From NCBI GenBank assembly GCA_030390025.1, contig CM059430.1, positions 41,540,001 through 41,604,000 on the forward strand: 64,000 bases of DNA, given 5' to 3'. Below the pieces are notes generated by a model that did no database searches, was not told where the DNA came from, and was given only the letters and a program-made list of their open reading frames with translations. This document shows positions 60,642 through 64,000 of this stretch, one piece after another. Source of the stretch: Squalus acanthias (Eukaryota). The first letter of the stretch is position 1; each line of letters opens with the position of its first letter. The translations under genes and the position numbers were made by a program.

Positions 60642-63600
60642 AGTGTATAAATGTTCTCTTTCAGTATTAATTCAGTGAAAATGATTAAAGTCCATCAACC
60701 GCATGATCTTCCACTATGCGAGTTCCCAATCACAGTTATAATGCTTGGTTAGGAACATCGGGAGTTCCAACCACATATCTACAACAAAGGAGAGCTTCCG
60801 CTGGCCGTTCTTGAGCACCTCTTCATGGCCAAATTCAGAACAACACTGGCAGAGGCCTGCACCCTCACAACTGGGAATAATGCAGTTCCTGGTGAAATCC
60901 ATGTAAAAAGGAGGGAGAAAACTGAAAAGTCAGACTTTCAGCTTTAGAAAACTATATTTTATTAGGACTCCCTGCTAAACTAGCACCAGTTTGTGAATGT
61001 GTTTATTGGTTTATGTAAAACATTAAATTACAGGATCACATAAAACTTGGTTTTGTGTGTTTAGAAAGGCAGTTAAGGGATTTGCAAAGATAATTTGTAA
61101 TATGTAATCAGATAAGTTGTAGACTATTAATACTGTATGTGCTTAGCATTTGAAGCATCTTATAAGAACATCTTTATTTAAACTGTTGCCTCCATCCCCA
61201 CTAAATCCAACAGTTGACGCAAAACACCTGCATTCACGTTAAATCCTTTTATTAATACTATGATGTGATTAACATACCAAAGCATCTTGATATTACAACA
61301 TGGCTCTAAATGCTATTTCTTAGCTGAAATAATGGTCTTTAGTTCTAATATACATGGATTGAGTTGAAAGAGCTGCAAACTTCATAAATGTATCGGTTAT
61401 ATTAATGACTTTGTTTGTTTGATCATTGCACCTTCATCTTCCGTTGGAAGGGGGGAAAAGAGTCACTTTTCATCTCTTTTTATATGGTGAAACCAACAAG
61501 CTGGGTATTTTTGAAAACCCTGGTGAATATGTGAAAATAGCATAGTCATTCAGAAATTAAATCTGAATATCACCTCCCGAACAGAAATTTCCAGATACCC
61601 CACTTTTTACTGATTATGGTCTATAAATTTGATGTATGCAATGAAAAAAAGATATAGCATATCTATTACTTGCCTGACTGCAAATGTAATTGTCTAGCTT
61701 GTTCAATCCATTATGAAATGAACAAAGTGCTGCAATTCATATTGTTTTTGTTGAACTTTTTTTTTTCAGAATTTTGTTTTTTAAATGCTGAGGGAATGGA
61801 TCATACACTTTAGGCTAGACGCAGACTATTTGCAATACTTGCAGACCAATGCTTAATGCATTCATATCACTTTTCTATGCTATTTTAACCCAAGTATTAA
61901 GCCATTTATTAAGTTATTTTAAGTAGGTCATGCCTCTGTTAAAATAACAGACTGAGGAATGTTATATGAATGTGTCACCCGTTCGTCCACTTTTATTGCA
62001 AACAGTAATTTCTAACCTTTACTATTATTAGATACCATTACTTATATCAAAAATCTTAAGTTAAGCACATTTCCCTTATAGGAAGCAATTAATAATAAAT
62101 AACATTAAAAATTAAAGGTTTTATGCAGATTAAGATAACAGGGTGTTTAAATTACATTTAAAATAACACATACCATATTCTTTAGAATGAGCATATGACA
62201 AAATGTCCTGCAGGATAACCTGATCAGGAAGGTCATTGTGTACTGCAGGATAACATTTAGGATTTATATTGTTTTACACTGTTGAATAAGGTTCTGGAGA
62301 GTAATTTCATATTTAACCTTTCAAAGCGTACAGGGTGAATGATGGAAGTTGCTGTTGCCTTTGGAGTCCGTAAACTCAAGTCAAGATGTTCAAGCGGCAC
62401 GAAAGTTTATTTACTACTCCTTACCACATCTGCCTACAAGCCTCCAATGGTGCAACAATAGTCACTCTGACATTCCTCAGGAGCATTCAGAATTCAGAAA
62501 ACATAATCCGCATTGTCTTCAGATTTCTAGCACTGCGCCAGTGCAGAAAGCTAAATCCAGGTTAACGAGAGCTAAATGGGAATGGAAACTAAATCACACA
62601 AAAGCGCAAGTACTTTGTTAGACATGGCAATCCGATTTCTTCACCATTCCCAAACATCAAATTTAAATGGTTAATTAAATCGACACCAGTTACAGCAAAT
62701 GGAAACATGTCTGCTGACCCATGTGACTTCTTTAAAAAAAAAGACTGCATTTGTTATCATTAAGCATTTAAAATTATATTAATACAGTAACCATTAGAAA
62801 ACAAATCTTTGGTCAGGCAGCCAGTGTAGAATGAACGAGTAAGGTGGTAACTGGGTCTGTAGGCGGTTGAGGCTCAATCCTTTGTCAATAGTAACCTGAG
62901 AAGATAACAGATGCAATGATTTGTAAAAGATAATGGCCGCCTCAATAGCTGGATACCGAGACATGGCACACTGAAAAGAGAACTGGGAATACAAACCAGG
63001 GCACTGTTACAAAACACTGCCTTTATGAAACATGATACCTAGGCCTGGCAGTACTGTAAATACAAATCATTTACTGTACCATATGTCCAGGGCTTTAAAA
63101 GTCAATGCCAGTCGCCTAGGAGGATTTGAACCACTTTCAATCACAAAGAAACAAGCTGTGTTCCGCTCTGTACTCTGGGTAGCAAAGCATTTATGCTCAG
63201 TGTCACTATAGAAGGCAGTAGTGTTTTTTCAATTAACTGGCAACACAATACAGCAGCCAGCACCAATCTAAATGTACTTTAGAGTTTTGCCCATTTATTA
63301 CCTTTTCTAATGCATACAGCATAACAGTAGAACACAGTCTCAGCCTTCTGACAAGAAAAACAAAACTCACCATAGAACTAAGTACAAGGACATTTTAATA
63401 ATATAACTATTTTTTTCCATACATTTTTGCAACATAGCTGAACGTATTAATTCTGTAGAAATGCTTTCGATAGAATGCCAGTAATTTTCCTGTCTAATGC
63501 CCTGTTTATATTGTGGTCCCCATAGAGACTACATTCAGTTTGAATCAGGATGATCTGAACTGTATACAATATCCTAGGGTTTATATTGGCAGCTGCCCAG

Positions 63601-63767
63601 ATTCAGTTCAGGTACCGGGCATTGTTAAATTACCAGCCAAACACATGTGCTGAACCTTACTTTCATGCAGAAAATGGTTACGGTGTTTGGACCTGCCATT
63701 TATACCAGCCTGATTTGAACCTCCTTATTCAGTCCAAATCACTCTGAGATCAACAAGCTGAAGCCTT

Positions 63768-63954
63768 GGAGGTAAATTTAACCTAATGCGCCCAGCGGGA
63801 AATGGACGGGATTGGGTCGCATGCCATCTTGACGCCCGGCCCATTTTACTCTCCATTGAAGTCAGTGGAGAGTAAACTCAGGTGGGCTGTCCAACCAGCA
63901 TTCGACCCGATCCCGTCAGTTTCTCACTGCGCAGGTTAGGTTAAAATTATCCCC
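63768..63954. mobile_element. Fully palindromic MITE (Harbinger/Chompy-like)
   Basis: TIRs GGAGGTAAATTTAACCTAA / TTAGGTTAAAATTATCCCC; central palindrome ttactctccattgaagtcagtggagagtaa. Confidence 0.75.
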
Positions 63955-64000
63955 TTTACTCTGAATTACAAGTGAAATCAATTACTCTATCAGTTGTATA

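Noticed and set aside
18100-64000. First exon or promoter of the TOX gene
   Set aside because: No MDVRFYP-like exon or non-TE CpG island was seen. It probably lies beyond 64000, though a very short first exon could be missed by eye.

Overview
Eukaryotic, repeat-rich vertebrate DNA, most likely a cartilaginous fish (shark). That assignment is inferred from the CR1 LINEs with (TTCTTATG)n tails, the Deu-domain SINEs and the Penelope/Harbinger complement. The window lies inside a minus-strand TOX-family HMG-box transcription factor gene (TOX3-like, with some TOX4-like residues). Two phase-0 coding exons are visible: 18034-18099 (66 nt) and 2604-2855 (252 nt), joined by a ~15.2 kb GC-AG intron. 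The remaining ~46 kb upstream appears to be intron 1. The introns hold CR1 and L2 LINE fragments, tRNA-headed SINEs, PIF/Harbinger elements (Myb/SANT gene plus HARBI1-like transposase remnants) and their MITEs, pogo/Tigger-like and hAT MITEs, often deeply nested. The most notable unannotated signal is two families of very short Penelope-like insertions (12-15 bp TSDs, internal inversions) carrying minimal hammerhead ribozyme motifs. One complete motif (54412-54450) is in the sense orientation of the host pre-mRNA, and inversion junctions of sibling copies fall at or near the predicted self-cleavage site. All calls are by eye. TE boundaries without a stated TSD are approximate, and family names come from recalled consensus features, not database searches.
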